Of a stretch of DNA of 64,000 nt, positions 52,894 through 63,340 are shown one piece after another. A program made the translations under genes and the position numbers. Source of the DNA: an uncultured virus (IMG/VR IMGVR_UViG_3300010163_001408) (lineage: Duplodnaviria > Heunggongvirae > Uroviricota > Caudoviricetes); the IMG/VR virus record IMGVR_UViG_3300010163_001408. One strand, 5' to 3'. Every line of letters begins with the position of its first letter. Within the stretch, counting starts at the first letter, position 1. Below the pieces are notes generated by a model. It ran no database searches, was not told the DNA's origin, and worked only from the letters and a program-made list of their open reading frames with translations.

Positions 52894-55521
52894 ATGAGAA
52901 TATTATTATCAGGCGGATACAAAACAGAGAATATATTAAAGGGCATAGCTAAAAAATTCGAGTCAAGTGGGGATGAATTTTTAATAATTCCTTTCATTGA
53001 TGACATAAATAGTATATACAGTAAGGGAGATTACTTTGACAAGGCACTTATTACTGAACAGAGTATTACGAGAGAGAATGCAATTACAGATGAAAATGAT
53101 ATAAGATTAAGAATAAGTGAGTTTGCTATAAGCTGTGCACAAAGAAAAGTTAAACAGTCTTATGTGTTCTTAACAAAAGACAAACAATTAGCAAACATGA
53201 TATATGAGGAAATATTACCTATTGAGAAAAGTAGTGCAGTATTACTTAAAGAGCCAGGGTATTCTGTAAGTTTCTTCCATAACATCATACTAACAGATGT
53301 GAAGCAAATAAAATCAGAATGGGTATTTGTACCTGAAGATATAAGAAGCGAGGCTGCTCTGCCAAATGACATAGAGATAGAAGACCCTAGCATCATCAGT
53401 GATACAGATTTAGAGAATGATAGTTTTAGTAACATTAAGGATACTAGCAATACAACACTAAATATAGAGTTTAACCAAGAATTAACTGGTTCAAACACCA
53501 TGGTATCTGATGAAGTAAAAATTGAAACAGGTGAATCATTTGGGTTCAATAATAATTTCGGAGATGATATCTTTGGAGATGACACCAATAACAGTGGATC
53601 AGGTCTTGAAGATACCAACAGCAATTTAGGAGATAACATTTTTGGAGATGACACCAATAGCAATTTCGGAGATGATACCAATAATTTTGGTGGTGATATC
53701 TTTGGAGATGCTAGCAACAACAATTTCGGAGATGATATCTTTGGAGATGACACCAATAACAGTGGATTCAACAATAATAGATTCGGAGAAGTATTAGAAG
53801 ACAACACTGGATTTAGTAATAACACTGAAGTTTTTGGTGATAACATAGGATTAGAAAGTAGCTTAGATGAAAATAACACTTTCAACTTCGGTGATAATAA
53901 CTTTAACTCTGAAAGTACAGATTCATTTATTCCAGATACAGCAGTTGATGAAACATTGGACATGGACAATACAACTCCAATAACTCAGTCTGGGGAGTTA
54001 CCAAATTATTTAGTGGATGTAACACCAGATGAACCATCTGTAACAATGTCATTAAGCAGTTTACAAAAAACACCAGAAGATGAGCAACAAATGAATAATG
54101 ATACATTACCAGGTTTTGATGAACCTGAAGAAACTAAATCAGAAATAGATAATTTTTATGATACTTATGTAACTTCAACAAATCAATCTCAATTTGACAA
54201 TAGTATGTATAATGATACATATCAAAATGACCAGATAAACAATGTGACAGGCATAAATGGATTTAATACTACAGACTATATGCCTCAAATACCTGAAGAA
54301 AATCAGATTCCAAATAATAATCCCATGGGGTTTGAGGCTGATGATTATGACATAAACAATTCTAATATGCAACAAGACATGAATGATCAAATAGGTGAGT
54401 CTATGAATCCTGCTATGACAGCTGCAGGTGCTATTGGCGCAATGACAACACTATCTGATGACTTATATAATCAAAGTCAAAACATGAATAATCAAATGCA
54501 GGGACAAGAGCAACTAATGGATCAACAGATGCAGGGTATGAATCAGCAAGACATGTATCAGATACCACCTCAAGTTGCTCCAACTCAGCCTCGAGGAAAG
54601 AAAAGATTCCTTGGAAGAAACCAAAGTACACCACAGCAACAGCCTCAACAATCAATGCCTGCATCTAAAGTAAATGCAAATGATATTAGAGAGAGAATAA
54701 AGCCATTTGCAGCTAGGGGTAACTCAATTGTAGTTACAGGATGTGGCGGTTGTGGAACAAGTACTGTAGCATATAATTTAGCTAATATCATAGCACAGTT
54801 AGGTTATACAGTGTTATTAGTTGACATGGATACAGAGGGTAGAACCCAGAGTTATATTTCCAAAGGTAACTATATCAGTATGGATCCTGAAAGTTCTAAC
54901 TTAATGTCAGCAATTAACAGTAGTACTGGTATAGGAAACTATACAACAGTAGTTAAGTCAGGTTTCCATTTATTAACCATGGGATTAGCTACTGATTCAA
55001 CACCTGTAAATGAGTTGATACACAAGGAAAAGATATCAAGATTCATTAATTTGGCTAAGACAAGTTACAACTTTGTAGTTTACGACATTCCATTTACATC
55101 AGCCATTAGTTACTTAGCTGAAATGACATACATGAGTGATAACCTAGTAGTTGTAACTGATGCAAGTAACTGGGGTGTAACAAAAACAATGTTAAATATG
55201 TGTAACATATCATCTGATGAGATGCAAGATACAATGTTCAGCAGAGCACAGTTAGTATTTAACAAATACAGAAGATTATATAAACTCTTCGGTAGAAAAG
55301 TTAAAACATGTGTGGATATTACAAAAGCAATGGATCAGAAAGTGTATGAACTTATTGGTGAGGATATAGGGTTAAGATTTGAAGATATGCATATAGCAGG
55401 AATAATAAATGATGATCCTGAGTTTGAGGATGGATGGTACGAAGAAGTTCAATACTCAGACACAGCAAAAGGGCAGCAGATATTCTTAAAATTAGTAGCT
55501 GACATAGTATTAAAAGCATAA
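52894..55521 (+). CDS. ParA/MinD/TadZ-like protein with a degenerate P-loop and a long acidic FG-rich linker
   Basis: VVTGCGGCGTSTVAYNLA, VLLVDMD, YNFVVYD.P, D.LVVV. Confidence 0.8.
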   Translation: MRILLSGGYKTENILKGIAKKFESSGDEFLIIPFIDDINSIYSKGDYFDKALITEQSITRENAITDENDIRLRISEFAISCAQRKVKQSYVFLTKDKQLANMIYEEILPIEKSSAVLLKEPGYSVSFFHNIILTDVKQIKSEWVFVPEDIRSEAALPNDIEIEDPSIISDTDLENDSFSNIKDTSNTTLNIEFNQELTGSNTMVSDEVKIETGESFGFNNNFGDDIFGDDTNNSGSGLEDTNSNLGDNIFGDDTNSNFGDDTNNFGGDIFGDASNNNFGDDIFGDDTNNSGFNNNRFGEVLEDNTGFSNNTEVFGDNIGLESSLDENNTFNFGDNNFNSESTDSFIPDTAVDETLDMDNTTPITQSGELPNYLVDVTPDEPSVTMSLSSLQKTPEDEQQMNNDTLPGFDEPEETKSEIDNFYDTYVTSTNQSQFDNSMYNDTYQNDQINNVTGINGFNTTDYMPQIPEENQIPNNNPMGFEADDYDINNSNMQQDMNDQIGESMNPAMTAAGAIGAMTTLSDDLYNQSQNMNNQMQGQEQLMDQQMQGMNQQDMYQIPPQVAPTQPRGKKRFLGRNQSTPQQQPQQSMPASKVNANDIRERIKPFAARGNSIVVTGCGGCGTSTVAYNLANIIAQLGYTVLLVDMDTEGRTQSYISKGNYISMDPESSNLMSAINSSTGIGNYTTVVKSGFHLLTMGLATDSTPVNELIHKEKISRFINLAKTSYNFVVYDIPFTSAISYLAEMTYMSDNLVVVTDASNWGVTKTMLNMCNISSDEMQDTMFSRAQLVFNKYRRLYKLFGRKVKTCVDITKAMDQKVYELIGEDIGLRFEDMHIAGIINDDPEFEDGWYEEVQYSDTAKGQQIFLKLVADIVLKA
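53554..53767 (+). repeat. In-frame repeats encoding NFGDDIFGDDTNN, including an exact 46-nt duplication at 53554 and 53722
   Basis: AATTTCGGAGATGATATCTTTGGAGATGACACCAATAACAGTGGAT occurs twice. Confidence 0.88.
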
Positions 55522-55557
55522 CACATAAAAGATTTTAAAATCAAAGGAGTAAAAATA

Positions 55558-56964
55558 ATGACAAAGTACCTTTTTAACAGTAATATTCATGGATATGAAT
55601 TAGCTACAATAAAAGAGTTTAACAAAGACTTAGTAAAAGATGACTTAATCATATTAATTATAGATAAGTCATCTGAAGCAGATTCTAGTTTATACTATAA
55701 ATTAGTTGATGGGGCAATAAGAAGTCAAAGTCGTGTCATACTAATAAGTGTGGATGACAATAACAGTTTATTTGATGTATTAGCATCAAATATGATAGTA
55801 TATAAAGAATATGATATTTACCAAGTAGTAAACAAAGAAGCAATATCAGCAGATTACTTACTCAAAGTGCAAGATAGAACACCTGATCTAACTGAAGCAC
55901 AGGCGTTTTTAAATACTGATATAGTAGCATATAATGATATATGCAACATACTATATGGTATAGAATCATTAGTTAATGAGGGAAACATAGACGGATTAAA
56001 GGCGCATGTTGAAAGACACATACCTACAATAGAAGGTCTAGTATATACAATTAATAAGATGAAAAAAGCATATGATGCATCTGCAAGTAATGAGTTTTTA
56101 GACATGGTAAATTCATTAAAAATGCAAATAGAAAGTTTAAATGGCACTATAGCAGATAAGAATAAAGATATTGATGATATTAAACACAATAGAGATGAAT
56201 ATAAGGTACAAACAGAAAATTTAAAAAGAGAAATAACTAAGCTAAAGAACAATCCAGTTGATGTGTCTGCAAGTAGTGAAACTACTAAAAATGTTATAAA
56301 ATCATATACTGCATTTAATACATCACTGCATGCAAATAACAAAGCAATAGTAATCTACTTTAAGGAAGTTTCATATGTAAGATTTACAAATACACTTGTG
56401 TCAATACTTATGAAAGTTCTTGAAAAAAAGAAACTTAAATGTAAATTACTCATTTATGATAACAACACCAACATGGTTGCAAATTATGGTTTGGATGTCA
56501 TAAATGGTGATTATTATGCATCTAATAAAATGGAAGTACTTAAGAAAAAGATAAAAATGGTGGTAACAGAGCCTTTTCAGTCAATTATACAAGATATGAT
56601 AGCATCAAATGAAGCAGCTGACGTAGTAATTATTTACGACAGACTTAAACAGTATGAAGACATAGTAAAAGGAAATAATGTTACAAAGTTCTTTATAGTA
56701 AACTCTAGAACAGATGTTAAAAACATAATAGGTGTTAAGGCATTAGGTGTTGATGACACAGAATCAATAATTACTAATGCAACAAACACCTTCAAGTTTG
56801 ACAATAACAAAGAAGTTAAATTCTTAGACATACCAGTTATAGATACTAACTTCTCAAGTTTGACAGAATCAGCTCAAATCAACAAATACATTAGATTAAG
56901 AACTACTATAACAGATGTATTGTTACTAGAAACAATAATGAATAAGGCACATATAAGTAAATGA
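55558..56964 (+). CDS. Hypothetical protein with central coiled coil
   Basis: AAGGAG RBS; heptad-rich segment flanked by alpha/beta domains. Confidence 0.8.
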   Translation: MTKYLFNSNIHGYELATIKEFNKDLVKDDLIILIIDKSSEADSSLYYKLVDGAIRSQSRVILISVDDNNSLFDVLASNMIVYKEYDIYQVVNKEAISADYLLKVQDRTPDLTEAQAFLNTDIVAYNDICNILYGIESLVNEGNIDGLKAHVERHIPTIEGLVYTINKMKKAYDASASNEFLDMVNSLKMQIESLNGTIADKNKDIDDIKHNRDEYKVQTENLKREITKLKNNPVDVSASSETTKNVIKSYTAFNTSLHANNKAIVIYFKEVSYVRFTNTLVSILMKVLEKKKLKCKLLIYDNNTNMVANYGLDVINGDYYASNKMEVLKKKIKMVVTEPFQSIIQDMIASNEAADVVIIYDRLKQYEDIVKGNNVTKFFIVNSRTDVKNIIGVKALGVDDTESIITNATNTFKFDNNKEVKFLDIPVIDTNFSSLTESAQINKYIRLRTTITDVLLLETIMNKAHISK

Positions 56965-56975
56965 GGTAATATAAG

Positions 56976-59057
56976 TTGAGGATGCACAAAAAGAAAAGCA
57001 AGTTAGCCAAGTTTAAAGAAAAGATAGATATGTACGATATGATTATAGCTAACCTTATAGCTGGAAACTCTATCATAGAGCCAACTGTAAAATTGGATAA
57101 CAGCCAATTAGCTATAGGGTTCAGTAATATAGCATCTGATGAACAGTTAATAAAGTATTTTATGATTAATCAATTACCTGATTTCATACAACCTAGATTA
57201 ATAGACATTATTAGAAAAAGGTGTATGCAACAAGGTATAAAGATAAACTTCTACTTTAATGCTGTGCCACATAGAATAAATTGGGATTCAGCAGAGATGA
57301 AAAATAGAATGACTATATGGAAAAGATATAGCCAGTCCATAAGTAACTCAGTTGATGTATTTGCATACAGAGAGCAAAGAGGAGAATCCTTAGCAAAACA
57401 GAGAATGATAACATCAACTAAATATTTAAATGAAGCAGAGTTAGAATATAAAAGAAGCTTCTTAAAGGTTTATATGATAATAGAGATAGCAGCGAAGCGA
57501 GACGAAGATAGTTTAGCTGGTATGGCTGAAGCAGTAAGGTCTCTTAAAGATCTATGCAGACAATCTGACATTAAAATAACAGAATTAAGAGTAAACATGA
57601 TTGATTGGATAAGAGCAATAAGCCCTTTCAGTTTAAAATCAGTAAAAGAAGTAAATAGCAAATTAGCTAGAAGAGTACTTACTGATGACATATTAGCTAA
57701 CTTTAATAGTTATAAGCAAGGAAGAGTAGGAACTAAAGGAGTTCCATTAGGAACTGATATATTAAGTAGCGGACCTGTAATGTATAAATTTAAAGAAGAC
57801 CCAGATGCAGCTGAAAATTGGCTTATAAGCGCTGGAACTGGTGGTGGTAAGTCATTCTGGGTAAAAGCTTTATTAACATATTTATTGGCAACAGGATTTG
57901 TGTGTTGCATTATGGACTACGAAGGAGACGAGTATTTAAATCTTGCTAACTTTATAAGAGCAGCTAATCAAGAAGACGTAAAGATAGTTTCCATGGGTAA
58001 GGGCAGTGCAGTTTATTTTGATCCATGTGAAATACCTGATATAACAGGGGATCCAGAAGTTGATGCAGACTTAAAAGAGAGTGCAATAAATTTTATATTA
58101 TCCATATTTAGAGTTATATCACATGGACTAGAAGATGAATTTACAAAAGAGGAAGAAAGAGTGTTATCCCTAGCTATTCAGCAAGTATATGATACAGCAG
58201 GAGTTACAGATGATAAAAATACATGGTATCGTTCAAAAGGATTGAGACTCCATGATGTTTATTATGAAATAAAACTAATGGTAGAAAGCAAGGAACTTGT
58301 AGATGACGATGCAGACAATTTAAAACATAAAGCAGCAGTTTCATTAGTAGATGCAGCTAGTATATACTTTGAAGATGGAGAAGCTAAAGCAGGTACATTT
58401 AAACAGCCTATGTCAGCAAATGAATTATATAAAGCCAAGATGGTTATATTTTCGTTTGGTATGAAAGGTGCAGCAAGTAGTGCAACTGACCCTACTATAT
58501 TAGCATTAAAGCAGTTGTCAGTTGCTTATGTAAACATTCAGATAAGCAACTATTGTAAATATGTTAGACATTGTTTTAATGTGAAGGTATGGGAAGAATT
58601 TCAGAGATACGGAGATATTAAAGGAAGTGCAGATACTATAGCCAATTCAATTACTGGTGGACGTAAACGTGGTGATGTTAATTTTATTATAACAAATGAT
58701 CTGGGTGCTATGCTAGATGATAACAACAAGTTAGCAAAAAGATTAAGACAAAATATACAAAATTATGCAATAGGAAAGATATCAGATAGTAAGGTAAGAG
58801 AAGAATTTTGTAATAAGTTTGACCAACATAATGTACTATTAGCTCTAGATAATATAGCAAAGGCTCATTCAGCTGCAAAGACAGCAGATCAAAAATTATC
58901 AAGTACACAGAGTAGATATAAAAATGCATTTTGTATTATTTTAGAAAATGGAAAGAAGTCAATAGTAAAGGCAATGTTACCAAAAGCATTATTGAAATCA
59001 TCCTTGTTTAAAACAGGTGTTGTTATTAAGCCAGAGTTAGACGAGGAAGAGGAGTAA
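56976..59057 (+). CDS. VirB4/TcpF-like secretion ATPase
   Basis: GVPLG, NWLISAGTGGGKS (Walker A), IMDYEGDEY, variant Walker B VWEEFQ, GRKRG; TTG start. Confidence 0.8.
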   Translation: MRMHKKKSKLAKFKEKIDMYDMIIANLIAGNSIIEPTVKLDNSQLAIGFSNIASDEQLIKYFMINQLPDFIQPRLIDIIRKRCMQQGIKINFYFNAVPHRINWDSAEMKNRMTIWKRYSQSISNSVDVFAYREQRGESLAKQRMITSTKYLNEAELEYKRSFLKVYMIIEIAAKRDEDSLAGMAEAVRSLKDLCRQSDIKITELRVNMIDWIRAISPFSLKSVKEVNSKLARRVLTDDILANFNSYKQGRVGTKGVPLGTDILSSGPVMYKFKEDPDAAENWLISAGTGGGKSFWVKALLTYLLATGFVCCIMDYEGDEYLNLANFIRAANQEDVKIVSMGKGSAVYFDPCEIPDITGDPEVDADLKESAINFILSIFRVISHGLEDEFTKEEERVLSLAIQQVYDTAGVTDDKNTWYRSKGLRLHDVYYEIKLMVESKELVDDDADNLKHKAAVSLVDAASIYFEDGEAKAGTFKQPMSANELYKAKMVIFSFGMKGAASSATDPTILALKQLSVAYVNIQISNYCKYVRHCFNVKVWEEFQRYGDIKGSADTIANSITGGRKRGDVNFIITNDLGAMLDDNNKLAKRLRQNIQNYAIGKISDSKVREEFCNKFDQHNVLLALDNIAKAHSAAKTADQKLSSTQSRYKNAFCIILENGKKSIVKAMLPKALLKSSLFKTGVVIKPELDEEEE

Positions 59058-59069
59058 GAGGTAAACACT

Positions 59070-59231
59070 ATGTACTTTATGTTATTTATAGTGATATTAG
59101 CAGTAGTTTATATTAAATCATTTAAAGATAGCTTTAATCAAGAACAATTACAAAAAGTAGGAAATATTTTAACTATAGTGACAGTAGCATTAATAGTTAT
59201 ATTCATACTAGCAAGTATTTTACTTCATTAA
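59070..59231 (+). CDS. 53-aa two-TM membrane protein, absent from the ORF track
   Basis: GAGGT RBS; MYFMLFIVILAVVYIKSFKDSFNQEQLQKVGNILTIVTVALIVIFILASILLH fills the gap between the two ATPase genes. Confidence 0.75.
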   Translation: MYFMLFIVILAVVYIKSFKDSFNQEQLQKVGNILTIVTVALIVIFILASILLH

Positions 59232-59246
59232 GGTGGTAAATTTATT

Positions 59247-61697
59247 ATGGGATTATCATTAGATGGAAAAGTATCAGAGGACGATCTTAATAGAAGACAT
59301 GATATGATAAATCATGGATCATACGAAGATGGCTTTGACAGTAGCGGGGGAGATTCAGGATTGGGAGATTTATTTGGAGATTCAGGTAGCGACGAAGAGT
59401 TTGATATGAATGATCTCTTTAGTGATGGGGATAGTGGAAGTGATCCATTTGGTGGCGGAAGTAGCTCCTTTGGTGGAAGTGATCCATTTAATAGTGAAAA
59501 TAGTTCCTTTGGTGGAGGTAGTTCTTTTGGAGGAAATGACTCCTTTAGTAGTGTAGGCAGTTCCTTTGGAGGAGGTAATAGTTTTGGAAATACATTTGGC
59601 CAACCAAGTTTTGGCCAATCTGGCTTCGGACAGTCTAGCTTTGGCCAATCTGGCTTCGGACAGTCCAGTTTCGGTCAGTCAGGCTTTGGACAAAATAATA
59701 ATCAACAACCTGTACAACAAAGAGATACACTTGATAAATTTTTAGATGTAGGAGCAGATACGGCTAAAAATATTGGTGAAATACTTTTTGATATGGTGAA
59801 GAGCATTAAAGAAAGAAGTGCAGATGATTATGGGTATTTAGGCAGAAACCTTATATTAGTAGGTGCAGCAATAGTACCAATAGGAGTAGTCTTAGGAATA
59901 ATAGGTGTAGCATCAGGAATACATTTTTTAAGTTTTTCTGGTATTTCATTACAGCTAGTATTGGCAGGCAGTTTAGCTGCTACTACTGGTATTACTGGTA
60001 TTGGAACAGCAGCTTTTGTATTAACAAAAATAGGTGACCAGAGCATTGGTGATGCAAGTGGCATTCAAAGCGTACCCGAGATACCTCCTAGTGAAGATAA
60101 TTTCACACAAGATTATGAGGATAACATCGGAGACGAGTTAGCTGACTTATTTGGAGATGATTTCAATGAGTTAAGCAATGAGTTGGATAATACAAACTTT
60201 GTCGATAACTTAGTTGACATTAAAAAAGAAGAGCCTGAAGATACAAGTGAAGAATTTGAAATAAATGTTGATAATGTATCTACAGAGATAAATTGGGATG
60301 AAGCATTGGATAATGTTAAAGAAAATAAATTAATCAATAGGACAACATTATTTAATGAATTTAAGCCAATGTTTCCTGTATGTACACCAGAGTTTGCTGA
60401 CTCTAAACCAGTTGATCCATCATCAAGTGAATTTGCTCAACTTGACACAATATGTTTGAAGGCATTGGCTAACATAGCAAACTGTGAACTAGAAGAAGTC
60501 AAAAGTCATTTAGATTCAGCAGTAGAAAGTTTCTTCTCATACACTTTAAAACTAAAAAGATTTAATAAAGTAAAAAATTGTGATGCACTAGCAAGTGAAA
60601 TGGAGATATATTTAAGAGAGGACAGCAATGATGATTCAGTAAATGCAACAGTATCTCTTGAAGGAGATTTCTACAAAATAATTGTAACAAAGGGTGTAAG
60701 TGCTGTTGTATCATTTGGAGATGTATTTAAAAAATCGGAAGTGTGCGATTACTTCTTAGATGAAAGTAATAAAATGCCTATTATAACAGGTATAGACGAA
60801 TTAGGAAATGTATTAGTTGAGGATGCTAAGAAATTAGATACAATGATGATTTGTGGTAAACCTCGTTCAGGTAAATCTTGGTATGTATTGAGTATATTAG
60901 CATCATTAATGTTATTTAATTCTCCAGAAGAAATACAGTTTATCATAGTGGACCCTAAGAAATCACAGTTGTTTAAGACTGTAGCATTAATGCCTCATGT
61001 GTGTGGCCTACATGATGATAGTAATATACTTGGTATACTAGATGATGTAATAAATGTTGAAGCACCTAGACGTAAAGCAATCTTAAGTGCACATAAATGT
61101 GATGATATATGGGCATTAAGAGAAGCTGGAGTGGTAATGCCAGTTTTATATGTAGTAATGGATGAATATATAACAATAAAGAATAACTTAGATCCAGACA
61201 AGCAGAAAGAGCTTAATGCAAAGATTCAGACACTTATAAGTCAGTTGCCATCACAAGGTATAAGATTAATATTTATACCTCATAGAGCAACTGGAATCGT
61301 AGATAAAACAAATCGTACAATGATTCAATTTACTGCTTGTGTAAGGTCTAACAATGATGATGTTATGGATGCATTAGACATAAAAAGTTGGAAACGTTCA
61401 TTAACTAAACCTGGTGATATAGCATTAAAGAGTTCAGAAATGAAAACAGCATTATATACTCGAGGGGCAGCATTGACAAGTTCTGATAGAACAAATACAA
61501 AATTCTTAGAAACAGCAGCAAAAGCATTTTACAAAATGGGTGTAGACATACCTGATATGAGAGCATTAAGAGTTGCATGCAATAGAGATGAGGATTATAT
61601 AAGACAAGAATTATCTGGAGAATCAACAAGAATACAATATAATGCTAGTACCATTTTAGAAGATCTAGAAGATATAGACTATGACGACTTAGATTAA
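59247..61697 (+). CDS. FtsK/SpoIIIE-family ATPase with two TM helices, candidate TcpA-like coupling protein
   Basis: Walker A GKPRSGKS, N.P..IQFIIVDPK, Walker B VVMDEY, PGD; FG-repeat N-terminus. Confidence 0.85.
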   Translation: MGLSLDGKVSEDDLNRRHDMINHGSYEDGFDSSGGDSGLGDLFGDSGSDEEFDMNDLFSDGDSGSDPFGGGSSSFGGSDPFNSENSSFGGGSSFGGNDSFSSVGSSFGGGNSFGNTFGQPSFGQSGFGQSSFGQSGFGQSSFGQSGFGQNNNQQPVQQRDTLDKFLDVGADTAKNIGEILFDMVKSIKERSADDYGYLGRNLILVGAAIVPIGVVLGIIGVASGIHFLSFSGISLQLVLAGSLAATTGITGIGTAAFVLTKIGDQSIGDASGIQSVPEIPPSEDNFTQDYEDNIGDELADLFGDDFNELSNELDNTNFVDNLVDIKKEEPEDTSEEFEINVDNVSTEINWDEALDNVKENKLINRTTLFNEFKPMFPVCTPEFADSKPVDPSSSEFAQLDTICLKALANIANCELEEVKSHLDSAVESFFSYTLKLKRFNKVKNCDALASEMEIYLREDSNDDSVNATVSLEGDFYKIIVTKGVSAVVSFGDVFKKSEVCDYFLDESNKMPIITGIDELGNVLVEDAKKLDTMMICGKPRSGKSWYVLSILASLMLFNSPEEIQFIIVDPKKSQLFKTVALMPHVCGLHDDSNILGILDDVINVEAPRRKAILSAHKCDDIWALREAGVVMPVLYVVMDEYITIKNNLDPDKQKELNAKIQTLISQLPSQGIRLIFIPHRATGIVDKTNRTMIQFTACVRSNNDDVMDALDIKSWKRSLTKPGDIALKSSEMKTALYTRGAALTSSDRTNTKFLETAAKAFYKMGVDIPDMRALRVACNRDEDYIRQELSGESTRIQYNASTILEDLEDIDYDDLD
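59440..59692 (+). repeat. In-frame FG-rich repeats (SSFGG, QSGFG/QSSFG)
   Basis: TTTGGCCAATCTGGCTTCGGACAGTC repeated at 30-nt spacing; multiple SFGG units. Confidence 0.85.
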
Positions 61698-61792
61698 AAA
61701 CAGATACAACATTATATGTATAGGGTTGTATCAAATTTAAGGAATTATAGCTTGAGAGATTTATAAAAATACATTGATGAAAGGAAATAGTC

Positions 61793-63340
61793 ATGAATTT
61801 TTCAAGCAGTTTAATGACAGGAATGGGTATAAGTCTTGGAAACTTAGAGATAGCTACAGACTACCTGTTTGCAAATACAGATTTATATGAACCAGAGTTA
61901 ACAGAAATAAAAACAACTATATCCAATAAACCTCAAAATAGCATTACAAAAGCTGTGAAGTCAGCCCGTCCCAAAGTAACAAAACAAAGTATAATAAATA
62001 AGTTCAGCTTAAATGAGGTTAAACCATTATTTATAATTGATGAAGTCATAGATAACAGTACTTTAGTTAACAATTCAGATGATTTTGACTTTTCATTTGA
62101 TGACAAAACACTAACAGTAGAAGATATAGATAAGATGGATATTGAAGATGGTGAAACAGCAGAGTTGCTAGAGGCAAACAATTTAATGCAAAGAATAGCA
62201 AGCATGAATAATCATAACAGCTCAGAACAAGAAGACATAGAAATAGAGGATGACATTGAAATAGAGGATGATGAGGATGGATTTGATATAGATGACATAG
62301 AAATAGAGGATGATGAAGCTGGTGAATTTGATGAAGATGGTATCGAAGATGCAATAAATGATACTACAAAAAGCACACCAAAACCAATAGAAAACACATC
62401 AAAATCAACTAGCATTCAAAAGAATGATTCAACTAGTGTCGCAGACAATATAGACAATAAAAAAACAGAAGACAACGAAGATGAATTTGATATAGACGAT
62501 ATAGAAATAGAAGATGATGAAGATGAATTTGATACAGATGAAATAGCAATAGAAGGCGACGAGGATGAATTTGATATAGACATAGAGAATGAAGATAATG
62601 ATAATCAAAAAAATGTATTAGATACAAGTAAACTAGTAACTGAAACACCTATAATTAAACCAGCAGAACCTCAAGATGAAATAGATGAGGATTTTGAAAT
62701 AGATGAGGATGGACTATTTGGTTTAGATAGCACAGATGAATTTGAGGATGCACTAGAAAAATCTGAGATTATTCAAAGTATTCCTAAGAAGGTTATAAGT
62801 AAACCCATTGAAAAATTACAAATACCACCTCAAAAATTAACAGAAACATCTCCGAAAGTAGAAGAATCACTTCAAATAGTAAAAGAAACATCCCAGAAAA
62901 AAGCACCAACACCTGATATAAAATTACAACAATCAAAAATAATTAATAACATAGATAATGAAGAAATAAAACAATTAAAAGATAAAATAGCTAACATGGA
63001 AAAGCAGATGCAAGAAATGAGTAAAGAAAAGGCTCAGAAAAAGGCGTCTGAAATAAATGAAAATAAAAATAATTTTAAAAAAGATAAGACAGAAGACATT
63101 ATAAATAATCAGGTACATCAAGTAAAAAGAGAAGAAACACCTAATTATGATAAATACACAGTAATGCAAGATGATCAGCTATTTTCACATGTAAAGGCAT
63201 ATATGAATAAAAAGGGTGTCAAGAAACAAGCTATTGAAATATCAGACTTAAATAATAAGTTTGGTGAAATAAATATAAAGAGGCTTATAAAGAAAACTTA
63301 TTTAATAAGAGTAGGAAAAGGAGTAACAACTGGAAGATGA
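61793..63340 (+). CDS. Acidic low-complexity protein with coiled coil and small basic C-terminal (winged-helix-like) domain
   Basis: DIEIEDDE repeats; coiled coil; basic C-terminal 60 aa. Confidence 0.78.
   Translation: MNFSSSLMTGMGISLGNLEIATDYLFANTDLYEPELTEIKTTISNKPQNSITKAVKSARPKVTKQSIINKFSLNEVKPLFIIDEVIDNSTLVNNSDDFDFSFDDKTLTVEDIDKMDIEDGETAELLEANNLMQRIASMNNHNSSEQEDIEIEDDIEIEDDEDGFDIDDIEIEDDEAGEFDEDGIEDAINDTTKSTPKPIENTSKSTSIQKNDSTSVADNIDNKKTEDNEDEFDIDDIEIEDDEDEFDTDEIAIEGDEDEFDIDIENEDNDNQKNVLDTSKLVTETPIIKPAEPQDEIDEDFEIDEDGLFGLDSTDEFEDALEKSEIIQSIPKKVISKPIEKLQIPPQKLTETSPKVEESLQIVKETSQKKAPTPDIKLQQSKIINNIDNEEIKQLKDKIANMEKQMQEMSKEKAQKKASEINENKNNFKKDKTEDIINNQVHQVKREETPNYDKYTVMQDDQLFSHVKAYMNKKGVKKQAIEISDLNNKFGEINIKRLIKKTYLIRVGKGVTTGR

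Noticed and set aside
53160..53969. 269-aa minus-strand ORF and the other minus-strand ORFs in the track
   Set aside because: Nearly all lie antisense to longer + strand genes or low-complexity repeats and show S/L/F-rich shadow composition; none has a recognisable motif.
59247..61697. Type VII secretion EssC or chromosomal FtsK
   Set aside because: It has only one ATPase domain, no WXG100 genes lie nearby and I see no clear C-terminal gamma domain; adjacency to a VirB4-like gene favours a coupling protein.
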